The position numbers and the translations under genes are program-made. A stretch of 64,000 bases of DNA from Candidatus Zhuqueibacterota bacterium (GTDB lineage Bacteria; Zhuqueibacterota; Zhuqueibacteria; Thermofontimicrobiales; Thermofontimicrobiaceae). The notes beneath the pieces are model-generated. The model saw only the letters and a program-made list of their open reading frames with translations, ran no database searches and had not been told where the DNA came from. Below, one piece after another: positions 39,650 through 49,328 of this stretch (its first letter is position 1; each line of letters starts with the position of its first letter). The DNA lies in NCBI GenBank assembly GCA_049322915.1, contig JBMOPW010000014.1, positions 858,774 to 922,773 on the forward strand, in the 5' to 3' direction.

Positions 39650-40537
39650 ATGAATCGAAATAATGTCACAGCCTATTTTTTCCTCGCTCCGGCGTTGACC
39701 ACGTTACTGGTCTTTTTCTTCATTCCGGTACTGGCTGCGTTCGTCATGAGCTTCACCGATTTCGATATCTATTCGCTAGGCAATATCAAACAGATGCGTT
39801 TTGTCCTGGTCGATAATTTCAAGCAGTTATTTCACGATCCCATTTTCTGGAAAGCTCTGAAAAACACCCTCATCTTCGTGCTCATCGGCGCTCCCCTGAC
39901 CATTGCTTTGTCCCTGTTTGCGGCCATCGGATTGAATTCCCGTTTGCTCCATTTCAAAACGCTCTTTCGCCTGGCTCTGTTTTTGCCGGTGGTGACAACG
40001 CTGGTCGCTGTCGCTGTTGTGTGGCGGTATCTGTATCATCCCTATTTTGGTTTAATCAACTACGTGACTGTTTCTCTCGGCTTCAAAACGATCGATTGGC
40101 TGGGCGATCCCAATTACGCGCTGATCGCCATTGTATTTCTGGCCGTATGGAAAAATTTCGGTTATTACATGATGATATTTTTAGCCGGGCTTCAGTCGGC
40201 GCCGGACTATCTTTATGAAGCGGCTGAAATTGATGGCGCTGGCTGGTGGCGGCAATTCCAGCACGTGACCATTCCGCATTTAGCGCCAACCACACTTTTC
40301 GTTTCGCTGATGACGGTCATCGGTTATTTGCAATTTTTTGCCGAGCCCTTCGTGATGACCCAGGGCGGCCCGCTGAATTCTACGCTGAGTGTGGTGCTTT
40401 ATTTGTACCAGCAGGGATTCCGGTGGTGGCGAATGGGCTATGCTTCCACCATCGCCTTTGTCCTTTTCTTCATTGTATTTTTTACAGCCCTGGTGCAATT
40501 GTATGTGCAGAAAAGAAAGGACGGCAATGAGAGATAG
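39650..40537 (+). CDS. Carbohydrate ABC transporter permease (MalF-like)
   Basis: WKNFGYYMMIFLAGLQ, EAA loop YEAAEIDGAG, MTQGGP. Confidence 0.92.
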   Translation: MNRNNVTAYFFLAPALTTLLVFFFIPVLAAFVMSFTDFDIYSLGNIKQMRFVLVDNFKQLFHDPIFWKALKNTLIFVLIGAPLTIALSLFAAIGLNSRLLHFKTLFRLALFLPVVTTLVAVAVVWRYLYHPYFGLINYVTVSLGFKTIDWLGDPNYALIAIVFLAVWKNFGYYMMIFLAGLQSAPDYLYEAAEIDGAGWWRQFQHVTIPHLAPTTLFVSLMTVIGYLQFFAEPFVMTQGGPLNSTLSVVLYLYQQGFRWWRMGYASTIAFVLFFIVFFTALVQLYVQKRKDGNER

Positions 40538-41363
40538 GCGAATCAAACGATTCATACCATCGGTTGCATTGCATCTGGTCATGCTGATCGCGGCATTTTT
40601 GACCATCGTCCCGTTCATCTGGATGGTGTCGGCATCATTCATGAAGAGCGGCGGCGCCAGCACGTTCCCGCCGCGATTCATTCCGGAGACTTTTGTGCTG
40701 GATCAGTACATCACGCTGTTCAATAAATTGAATGTGGGCCGCTATTTTTTCAATAGCTTCTTGTTGGCAACCTCAGTGACAATCGTCTCGCTGTTCATCA
40801 ACTCCCTGGCCGGATATGCCTTTTCCAAGTTCGCCTTCCGCGGGAAGCAGTCCATCTTCGCCTTGTTGCTGACATCGATGATCATTCCCGGTCAGGTGAC
40901 CATGCTGCCGGTGTTTCTAATCCTCAATAAACTCTATCTGTTGAATACCTATTTCGGGATAATTCTGCCGGGCATGGCCAGTATCTTTGCCATATTTTTA
41001 ATCCGACAATACCTGTTCAGCGTGCCGGACAGTCTGATTGAAGCTGCCCGAATCGATGGTGCCGACGATTTCATGATCTATTGGAAAATCATTCTGCCGC
41101 TGGCCGCGCCGGTACTGGTGACATTGGCGCTGTTCACATTCATGGGCACGTGGAATGATTTCCTCTGGCCGTTGATTGTTCTCACGCGACAGGATATGTT
41201 CACGCTGCCGGTGGCGTTGGCTAATCTGTTGGGCGAATACGCGCACGACGTGGAGTTAATGATGGCCGGCGCTGTCATTACGGTCATGCCCATAATTTTC
41301 ATCTTCATTTTCCTGCAAAAATATTACATTCGCGGGATCATGTTAGGCAGCGTCAAAGGCTGA
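40527..41363 (+). CDS. Carbohydrate ABC transporter permease (MalG-like)
   Basis: LAGYAFSK, EAARIDGA, WNDFLWPL, QKYYIRG...GSVKG. Confidence 0.92.
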   Translation: MRDRRIKRFIPSVALHLVMLIAAFLTIVPFIWMVSASFMKSGGASTFPPRFIPETFVLDQYITLFNKLNVGRYFFNSFLLATSVTIVSLFINSLAGYAFSKFAFRGKQSIFALLLTSMIIPGQVTMLPVFLILNKLYLLNTYFGIILPGMASIFAIFLIRQYLFSVPDSLIEAARIDGADDFMIYWKIILPLAAPVLVTLALFTFMGTWNDFLWPLIVLTRQDMFTLPVALANLLGEYAHDVELMMAGAVITVMPIIFIFIFLQKYYIRGIMLGSVKG

Positions 41364-41785
41364 ACGACGCGCGAGCCGACGATCCACGGATCACCGTCTT
41401 TGGCAGGCGTTCGAATCATCCTCCTCATCGATGTTTTTCCCCCGATCCTCATACTGCGCTGACAGAAGCGCCCTCCCCGGCATTTCCAGTGAAATCGTGT
41501 TTAATCAAAATTTCGTGCGAGCCTTGTATCGGTGATTGTCTCCATCGCCGGCCACACGCCGGTTATCAATGTGATGATTTTTAGTGTCTGTTTGGCCGCC
41601 TGATCGCGCTGGACATACATCCAGCGCGGGCAATGGCCGGGACGCATGTCCCCGAATAGGCGTCCCGTTCGGGATGAACATCCCAAACAATCGGTTGGTG
41701 GTCTTTGTGTACTTCAAGTGAGTATACAGATCGGTTTTTTAGACTCTGGAATAGCCTGTGGGAAATACCTTCACAAAAAAAAGAC

Positions 41786-41828
41786 TTGACTTTTCAATTT
41801 TTTTTAGTTAAAATGTAATCGGTTACAT
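41786..41828 (+). promoter_or_regulatory. Promoter and LacI-family operator upstream of the LacI gene
   Basis: TTGACT (41786), 17 bp spacer, TAAAAT (41809); ATGTAATCGGTTACAT at 41813-41828 is the exact reverse complement of the 38217 site. Confidence 0.75.
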
Positions 41829-41875
41829 TTTGGAATGATCGTCTTTTAGTGTAAATAAAGCCAAAGGATGAAGCT

Positions 41876-42940
41876 TTGAGAAAACGTTTACATCATGTAA
41901 ATGCCACGATCAAAGATGTTGCCAAAGCTGCTGCGGTGTCCACGGCGACTGTTTCGCGGGTGTATAACAAGCCGGAATCAGTCAACGAAGAAACCCGGCG
42001 TAAAGTCCTGAGTGCAGCTCAGGCGTTGAATTATTCTCCCCAAATTGCTGCCCGCGCTCTCAGTCTGCAACGCATGAATATCATCGGTGTTATCCTCCCT
42101 GAATTAGGCGGAGAATTTTTCTCGGAATTAATTCGCAGCATTGACCTCGTCGCTGCCCAGCACAACTACCACATCATCATTTCCACATCCCACAGTCATC
42201 GCAATGAAGTCGAACTCCTGCTAAGTTTAATGGGTCAGGGGCTGGTCGACGGTCTGATTTTAATGGTGCCGGTTCTAGGACGAATCAGATCCGAGTCATT
42301 TCCCAATGTGAATATTCCCATCATTTTGCTGAATCTCCCGAATGAAGGGGACAAGTACATTCAGATCAATGTGGATAATGTTCGCGGAGCTTATCTTGTG
42401 ACCAAACATTTAGTCGATCATGGGTATCCATCCATTGCCATGATTCGGGGGCCGAGAGGCAATTTCGATGCGGACATGCGGGAGAAAGGTTTTCTCAAGG
42501 CGCTGCGTGAAAATAATATAAGCGAAAAAAGCGATGGCCAAAGCTATTTGGAGCGCGGCGATTTTACGCAACGCTCCGGCTATCTGGCCATGATCCGTCT
42601 GCTCAGCATGCCGAACCGGCCGCGCGCCGTGTTTGCCGCCAACGACGAAATGGCTGTGGGCGCGTTTGAAGCCGCAGGGCAGTATGGCATCTCGGTTCCG
42701 GATCAGGTTGCGATAGTCGGGTTTGATGACATCAGCATCAGTTCCATCATTCATCCCGGACTGACTACTGTGCATCTGCCTGTCAATGATCTTGGTGTGA
42801 CCGCCGCTGAAAAAGTGATCGCTGCAATCGAGAATGATGAACAGACGGTTAACTCTCCTGAAAATATAGTATTGCCTACCAGCATTGTCATTCGTGAATC
42901 ATGTGGATGTATTAATCATAATCGCTATCATTCATTTTAA
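41876..42940 (+). CDS. LacI family transcriptional regulator
   Basis: ATIKDVAKAAAVSTATVSRV, AVFAANDEMAVG, VGFDD, LTTV, IVIRESCG; start may be a few codons later. Confidence 0.95.
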   Translation: MRKRLHHVNATIKDVAKAAAVSTATVSRVYNKPESVNEETRRKVLSAAQALNYSPQIAARALSLQRMNIIGVILPELGGEFFSELIRSIDLVAAQHNYHIIISTSHSHRNEVELLLSLMGQGLVDGLILMVPVLGRIRSESFPNVNIPIILLNLPNEGDKYIQINVDNVRGAYLVTKHLVDHGYPSIAMIRGPRGNFDADMREKGFLKALRENNISEKSDGQSYLERGDFTQRSGYLAMIRLLSMPNRPRAVFAANDEMAVGAFEAAGQYGISVPDQVAIVGFDDISISSIIHPGLTTVHLPVNDLGVTAAEKVIAAIENDEQTVNSPENIVLPTSIVIRESCGCINHNRYHSF

Positions 42941-43169
42941 CTGAGTGCAGGCCATTGGAAATCCGGTGGTCCTGTCCCGGATATGTACGTTGCACCGAGT
43001 CATTCATTTTCTAAACTCATACAATGTGAATTGAAAACAAGAATCATCAGAACAACGAAACCATTTCATTGAAAGGAGGAGATCCAAGGGAAAAACTAAA
43101 CTGATAACGATCTAATTTGTCATGTGTTGTAGTCAAACAAAAAACAAGCAGGGAAAGGAGAAACATTCC

Positions 43170-46100
43170 ATGAAAACAAAGTTAAGTATCGTGGTGATGT
43201 GTTTAACCATGGTGATAGCGGTTTTGGCGCATGGTCAAGCACTCGAACGACCCAACGTAATCTGGGCGAGAACGACGAGCGAGACGATTACACTGGATGG
43301 TTTATTGACAGAAGCGTCGTGGAGCAACGCCGAGGCGGTGCGCATTCAACATGGACAGACCTCGACATTGATACCTGGCAGCGGCTGGTATAATGAGGCA
43401 GGCGTAGCGCCGAGCGATCCGACGGATGCGACATTGAAATTTTTGGTATCCGGGAACAATTTATATGTCGCGGCGCAAGTGAAGGATGCGTCAGTCGGCG
43501 GTGGATTGTTCAACAAGTTTGACGGTTTTTTGATGAACCTTCGTGATCATTCAGGCGCGGGACGTCCGGCCGGGTCGTTTGAGTATTTTTACGGCTGGGT
43601 GACAGAGACCTGGGCTGACACGACGCTGGATGAAGTAGGCGCGTTGCCGGGATTTTTTGGCTGGGCGTCTGGCGATCGTCTGGTATGGGACGCCGTGACA
43701 GTCGTCGATGGCGTGAGCAATGATGATGCAACGCCGGATGGCGGATACACCGTGGAATTGATGTTCAATCTGGATCCGCGGGGTTACGATGTGACAGCCA
43801 GCGACGGCGACATTGTGGAGTTCAACATTTCGATTTACGATGCGGACTGGCAGTGGCCATTGGATATGGAAAAATTCAGTGGCAACCGCACCTGGTGGGG
43901 CGGCCCGTGGGGCAATGCCTCGGCGTATGATGTGATACGGATATACGCGAAACCGAGTGTGACAGTGGCATCAGGCGCAGTTCCAGTAGTTGGCCCTGAG
44001 ATCGTGGTTCCCAATGGCGTCAATCATGCGGATCCGGTGATTGATGGCGTGCTGGATGAGACCGTGTGGAGCAAAATTGAAGGTCTGGATATTCGGTACG
44101 GCGATGATGATCTTCGGGCGTCGTATCCGGGCATCGGCCCGTGGCGCAGCGGCCAGTATCAGCCGGCGATCAATAGTGTGACCGCGGCAGTGGTTGATCC
44201 GGGCGATGCGACCGTGAAATGGTTTTTCAAAGGCGACATGCTGTATCTGGGCGTGGATGTACGCGACCAGGCCGTGTGGGGCTTGAACAATTTCGATCAA
44301 TGGGATGGCATACGGTTCATCATCAACGATCGTGCGGAGTTGAGTGAAGCTGAGCACAATTTGATTAGCCAGCAACTGACAGTTCGCATGGATTCGCTGG
44401 GACAGATGATTGCCGGAGACTATCTGGCGATGTTGATCGATTCGTTGCAGGGCGGCCAGGCGGCGCTGAAACTGAAAGGCGCTTCGACAGCCAATGACTT
44501 CAACGACATCGATGAAGGCTACAGCATCGAAATCGCAGTGGATCTGAAGAAACTGGGTTACCCGACCGGCCGCGGCGATGGTGTTTTGTTTATCAGCGCG
44601 ACCCTGTTCGATGGCGATTCGTTTGCTAATCCGGCCGATGATTACGGCACGCGCACCTGGTGGATGCGCGAAAGCACATGGCCGGCAGGCCCGGCATTGG
44701 CGTACATGGATCCGGCGGAAGTGATTGAAAATGGCCATGAAGCAACCGAGTTGGAGCGACCCAACGTAATCTGGGCGAGAACGACGAGCGAGACGATTAC
44801 ATTGGATGGTTTATTGACAGAAGCGTCGTGGAGCAACGCCGAGGCGGTGCGCATTCAACATGGACAGACCTCGACATTGATACCTGGCAGCGGCTGGTAT
44901 AATGAGGCAGGCGTAGCGCCGAGCGATCCGACGGATGCGACATTGAAATTTTTGGTATCCGGGAACAATTTATATGTCGCGGCGCAAGTGAAGGATGCGT
45001 CAGTCGGCGGTGGATTGTTCAACAAGTTTGACGGTTTTTTGATGAACCTTCGTGATCATTCAGGCGCGGGACGTCCGGCCGGGTCGTTTGAGTATTTTTA
45101 CGGCTGGGTGACAGAGACCTGGGCTGACACGACGCTGGATGAAGTAGGCGCGTTGCCGGGATTTTTTGGCTGGGCGTCTGGCGATCGTCTGGTATGGGAC
45201 GCCGTGACAGTCGTCGATGGCGTGAGCAATGATGATGCAACGCCGGATGGCGGATACACCGTGGAATTGATGTTCAATCTGGATCCGCGGGGTTACGATG
45301 TGACAGCCAGCGACGGCGACATTGTGGAGTTCAACATTTCGATTTACGATGCGGACTGGCAGTGGCCATTGGATATGGAAAAATTCAGTGGCAACCGCAC
45401 CTGGTGGGGCGGCCCGTGGGGCAATGCCTCGGCGTATGATGTGATACGGATATACGCGAAACCGAGTGTGACAGTGGCATCAGGCGCAGTTCCAGTAGTT
45501 GGCCCTGAGATCGTGGTTCCCAATGGCGTCAATCATGCGGATCCGGTGATTGATGGCGTGCTGGATGAGACCGTGTGGAGCAAAATTGAAGGTCTGGATA
45601 TTCGGTACGGCGATGATGATCTTCGGGCGTCGTATCCGGGCATCGGCCCGTGGCGCAGCGGCCAGTATCAGCCGGCGATCAATAGTGTGACCGCGGCAGT
45701 GGTTGATCCGGGCGATGCGACCGTGAAATGGTTTTTCAAAGGCGACATGCTGTATCTGGGCGTGGATGTACGCGACCAGGCCGTGTGGGGCTTGAACAAT
45801 TTCGATCAATGGGATGGCATACGGTTCATCATCAACGATCGTGCGGAGTTGAGTGAAGCTGAGCACAATTTGATTAGCCAGCAACTGACAGTTCGCATGG
45901 ATTCGCTGGGACAGATGATTGCCGGAGACTATCTGGCGATGTTGATCGATTCGTTGCAGGGCGGCCAGGCGGCGCTGAAACTGAAAGGCGCTTCGACAGC
46001 CAATGACTTCAACGACATCGATGAAGGCTACAGCATCGAAATCGCAGTGGATCTGAAGAAACTGGGTTACCCGGTTGGCCGCGGCGATGGTGTCTTGTTG

Positions 46101-46562
46101 ATCAGCGCGACCCTGTTCGATGGCGATTCGTTTGCCAACCCGGCCGATGATTACGGTACCCGCACCTGGTGGATGCGCGAGAGCACCTGGCCTGCAGCGC
46201 CGGCCTGGGCGTTCATGGATCCGGAAGTCATCATCCCCGGCGGAGCGAGCCAAATCGATAAAGAGAATGGTCAACTGCCGACGGAATTCGAGATCGTCAG
46301 CAACTATCCCAATCCATTCAACCCGAGCACAACGATTGTCTACTCGTTGCCGGCAGAGGGTTCCGTGGTATTGAAGGTTTACAATGTTCTCGGCCGCGCT
46401 GTTGCAGTGCAGCAATTAGGTTTGCAGCAGGCTGGAACGAAATCCATACTCTTCGATGCCCGGAATCTTGGCTCTGGCGTTTATTTTTATCAGCTTCAGT
46501 ATCAATCGAAAGCCCGAGGCACGATGGTCACTTCGGCGCATAAGATGCTAATTCTCAAGTAA
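43170..46562 (+). CDS. Secreted protein with four CBM9/DOMON-like domains (two ~503-aa units) and a T9SS type A sorting domain
   Basis: Signal peptide; ITLDGLLTEASW and VIDGVLDETVW starts, each twice; NYPNPFNPSTTI...GSGVYFYQL...KMLILK; AAGGAG RBS. Confidence 0.75.
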   Translation: MKTKLSIVVMCLTMVIAVLAHGQALERPNVIWARTTSETITLDGLLTEASWSNAEAVRIQHGQTSTLIPGSGWYNEAGVAPSDPTDATLKFLVSGNNLYVAAQVKDASVGGGLFNKFDGFLMNLRDHSGAGRPAGSFEYFYGWVTETWADTTLDEVGALPGFFGWASGDRLVWDAVTVVDGVSNDDATPDGGYTVELMFNLDPRGYDVTASDGDIVEFNISIYDADWQWPLDMEKFSGNRTWWGGPWGNASAYDVIRIYAKPSVTVASGAVPVVGPEIVVPNGVNHADPVIDGVLDETVWSKIEGLDIRYGDDDLRASYPGIGPWRSGQYQPAINSVTAAVVDPGDATVKWFFKGDMLYLGVDVRDQAVWGLNNFDQWDGIRFIINDRAELSEAEHNLISQQLTVRMDSLGQMIAGDYLAMLIDSLQGGQAALKLKGASTANDFNDIDEGYSIEIAVDLKKLGYPTGRGDGVLFISATLFDGDSFANPADDYGTRTWWMRESTWPAGPALAYMDPAEVIENGHEATELERPNVIWARTTSETITLDGLLTEASWSNAEAVRIQHGQTSTLIPGSGWYNEAGVAPSDPTDATLKFLVSGNNLYVAAQVKDASVGGGLFNKFDGFLMNLRDHSGAGRPAGSFEYFYGWVTETWADTTLDEVGALPGFFGWASGDRLVWDAVTVVDGVSNDDATPDGGYTVELMFNLDPRGYDVTASDGDIVEFNISIYDADWQWPLDMEKFSGNRTWWGGPWGNASAYDVIRIYAKPSVTVASGAVPVVGPEIVVPNGVNHADPVIDGVLDETVWSKIEGLDIRYGDDDLRASYPGIGPWRSGQYQPAINSVTAAVVDPGDATVKWFFKGDMLYLGVDVRDQAVWGLNNFDQWDGIRFIINDRAELSEAEHNLISQQLTVRMDSLGQMIAGDYLAMLIDSLQGGQAALKLKGASTANDFNDIDEGYSIEIAVDLKKLGYPVGRGDGVLLISATLFDGDSFANPADDYGTRTWWMRESTWPAAPAWAFMDPEVIIPGGASQIDKENGQLPTEFEIVSNYPNPFNPSTTIVYSLPAEGSVVLKVYNVLGRAVAVQQLGLQQAGTKSILFDARNLGSGVYFYQLQYQSKARGTMVTSAHKMLILK
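43248..46229 (+). repeat. Intragenic tandem duplication, period 1509 bp
   Basis: cgacccaacgtaatctggg at 43248 and 44757; identical shadow ORFs offset by 1509 in the ORF track. Confidence 0.95.
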
Positions 46563-46577
46563 GACAGGCAATTTCCT

Positions 46578-46620
46578 CTTTCTCCCCTGGATGCAGAAAC
46601 CAGGGGAGAAAGGGTTTTTC
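46578..46620 (+). terminator. Intrinsic terminator or stabilising stem-loop
   Basis: ctttctcccctgg-N9-ccaggggagaaag followed by ggtttttc. Confidence 0.7.
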
Positions 46621-46646
46621 TCCACTGTCCAAATAAGAGGTCAGAT

Positions 46647-49310
46647 ATGGTGATGAAACAAATTAAAACGCATGTATTCTGCTCGTGGCTGGCGCTGATT
46701 TTTTTAGTCGTGTTTTTGGCAAGTCCCGGTCAAAACGGATTTGCAGGCACGACCGGAAAATTGTCCGGTCGAATTGTTGACAGTCAAAATGAAGCGCTTC
46801 CCGGTGCGAACATTATGCTTCAGGGAACGTCGATGGGTGCTGCTGCTGATATGGAAGGATATTATCATATCATTAATATCCCGCCAGGCAATTATGACGT
46901 GCAATTTTCATTTATGGGCTATAAAACCAAAGTATTTAAAGATGTGCTTGTGACCGTTGATCATACGACGAATCTGGACGCTGTCCTGGATGAAAGCACG
47001 ATCGAGGGAGAGACAGTAACAATCACTGCCGAGCGACCTGTGGTGGAATTGAATTACACCAGTTCCCTGTCCACGGTGACCAGCAAAGAGATCGAAGCGA
47101 TGCCGGTGCGCGAGTTGAAGGATATTATCGATTTGCAGGCGGGCGTGGTCGACGGCCATTTTCGCGGCGGTCGTATCGGCGAAGTTCAGTATCTGGTAAA
47201 TGGAGTGTCAATCAATAACAGCTACGATAACAGTTCCACACTGGAGCTTGACCGTTCGCTCCTGCAGGAAGTGCAGGTCATCAGCGGCACATTTGACGCG
47301 GAATACGGCCAGGCCATGAGCGGTGTGGTGAATGTGGTTTTGAAATCCGGCTCAGATGAGTTTTCATGGGTGGGCGAGACGTTCATCAGCGATTTCATGT
47401 ACACCAGCGGCGATCGCCGCAATGCCCCGGATACATTCAAACCTCTGTCAATTCAAAATTATGTTTTCAGCCTCAGCGGTCCGACTTTCTTGCCGCAGAC
47501 CTATTTCTTCCTGAACGGCCGGCGTTATATTGATAATGGCTATGTCTACGGTGAGCGCCGCTTCCTGCCGACCGACCGGGCCAATTTTGAACAGAAAATT
47601 TTCATGCCGACCGGCGACGGGGAAGAGATACCCCTCGAATTTTCCGATGACATTTCAGGTCTGGCGAAGATTACCAATCGTTCGATTAAAAATATTCAGT
47701 TGGAATATCAGGCAATCTGTAACATCAATGATGGCAAATATTATGATTTCAGTTACCGCCTCAACCCGGACGGGATGCGAAATCATCGGACACTGTCCGT
47801 CGTTCACGGCCTGGACATGAGCCATTCGCTGTCTCCCAGCACTTATTATACCGTGAATCTCCGCCAGAATTATTTCAATTATTGGGACTATGTTTACGAA
47901 GATGTCTACGATGCCCGATACGATGCCGCCGGTCCTACCCTGAGCGACACGGATTATGAACTGGGCGCCATTGTGCAGGGTGTCGATTTTGGACGTTTCA
48001 AACAATTTACAAATACATTCATTGCCAAGAGCGCCCTGACCAGTCAGGTGAGCCGCAGCCACCTGGTTAAAGTGGGAGTTGAGTTGCAGACATCCCAGGT
48101 GAAGTTTGGCGTTCCCGGGTATGTCGTGAGCGCGGGCGGCACGCTCATCACGCGACATATCAATGAACCACCCGATTTTCCAGACCTTTCGGTCTACTAC
48201 CCGGTCTCTCTGGTTGGCTATGCCCAGGATCAATTGGAGTGGCGCGATTTTATCGTTCGCGCCGGCGCCCGAATGGAATATTTCGACGCCCGTTCAACCA
48301 TCCCGAGCGATTTGCAGAATCCGGCCAATGCCATTTCCGGCGCTCCGGAATCAAACCCCCAGCGGACGACCAAAAAAATCTCTGTGGCCCCGCGCGTGGG
48401 CGTGTCCTATCCCATGACGACCAATTCCGCGCTGTACTTTGCCTACGGCCATTTCTACCAGATGCCCGGGCTGGGTCGCATTTTCACGAATTCCGATTAC
48501 AGCGTGCTCGACGAATTACAGGCCGGCGGTATCAGCTACGGCGTGATGGGCAACCCGGACATCAAGCCGGAACGCACCGTGCAATACGAGTTTGGTTACA
48601 AACAGGCAATCACTGAATTTTTGGGTCTGGACTTCAGCATCTTTTATAAAGACATCCGCGATCTGTTAGGCGTTGAATTTGTGTCCACGTACGCGGCGGC
48701 GGATTACGCCCGTCTCACCAATGTGGATTTTGGCAATGTGCTCGGATTCACGCTGGCCCTGGATCAGCGGCGGATCGGCCTGGTGAGCACCATGCTGGAT
48801 TACACCTGGCAGGACGCCATGGGCAATTCCAGCGATCCTTCGGAGACCGCAACCCGCGCGGCTGCCGGCGAAGATCCCCGACCCCGGCGCGTACCCCTGG
48901 CCTGGGATCAGCGGCATACATTGAATGCCACGGTGTTGCTGGAAGTCCCCAATAATTTTTCCATCAGCACGATTGCCCGCTACGGAAGTGGCCAGCCCTA
49001 TACACCCTCCATCACGGCCGGATTCGGCGGTGGATTGGAGTCTAACTCCGGACGCAAGACAGACTTCTTCCGGGTCGATTTACGGGCTGAAAAATATTTC
49101 AAAATTGCAGGTTTAAATTTAAGTCTGTTCACCCGCGTGTTGAACCTGTTCGATACGCGGTCGGTGAATGGCTTTGTGTTCAGCGATACCGGCAGTCCGG
49201 ATTATTCATTGAATCCAATTGGACAGCGCACTACATTGGCGAACCCGGGTCGATATTATCCGCCGCGACGAATCGAAGTGGGGATTCGTCTCGGATCGAG
49301 TAATAATTAA
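46647..49310 (+). CDS. TonB-dependent receptor with N-terminal carboxypeptidase-regulatory-like domain
   Basis: GTTGKLSGRIVD, LPGANI, plug HFRGGR...EVQVISGTFDAEYGQAMSGVVN, APRVGVSYP, GNPDIKPERTVQYEFG, PRRIEVG. Confidence 0.9.
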   Translation: MVMKQIKTHVFCSWLALIFLVVFLASPGQNGFAGTTGKLSGRIVDSQNEALPGANIMLQGTSMGAAADMEGYYHIINIPPGNYDVQFSFMGYKTKVFKDVLVTVDHTTNLDAVLDESTIEGETVTITAERPVVELNYTSSLSTVTSKEIEAMPVRELKDIIDLQAGVVDGHFRGGRIGEVQYLVNGVSINNSYDNSSTLELDRSLLQEVQVISGTFDAEYGQAMSGVVNVVLKSGSDEFSWVGETFISDFMYTSGDRRNAPDTFKPLSIQNYVFSLSGPTFLPQTYFFLNGRRYIDNGYVYGERRFLPTDRANFEQKIFMPTGDGEEIPLEFSDDISGLAKITNRSIKNIQLEYQAICNINDGKYYDFSYRLNPDGMRNHRTLSVVHGLDMSHSLSPSTYYTVNLRQNYFNYWDYVYEDVYDARYDAAGPTLSDTDYELGAIVQGVDFGRFKQFTNTFIAKSALTSQVSRSHLVKVGVELQTSQVKFGVPGYVVSAGGTLITRHINEPPDFPDLSVYYPVSLVGYAQDQLEWRDFIVRAGARMEYFDARSTIPSDLQNPANAISGAPESNPQRTTKKISVAPRVGVSYPMTTNSALYFAYGHFYQMPGLGRIFTNSDYSVLDELQAGGISYGVMGNPDIKPERTVQYEFGYKQAITEFLGLDFSIFYKDIRDLLGVEFVSTYAAADYARLTNVDFGNVLGFTLALDQRRIGLVSTMLDYTWQDAMGNSSDPSETATRAAAGEDPRPRRVPLAWDQRHTLNATVLLEVPNNFSISTIARYGSGQPYTPSITAGFGGGLESNSGRKTDFFRVDLRAEKYFKIAGLNLSLFTRVLNLFDTRSVNGFVFSDTGSPDYSLNPIGQRTTLANPGRYYPPRRIEVGIRLGSSNN

Positions 49311-49328
49311 GCGACGGAGAATGAGGCT

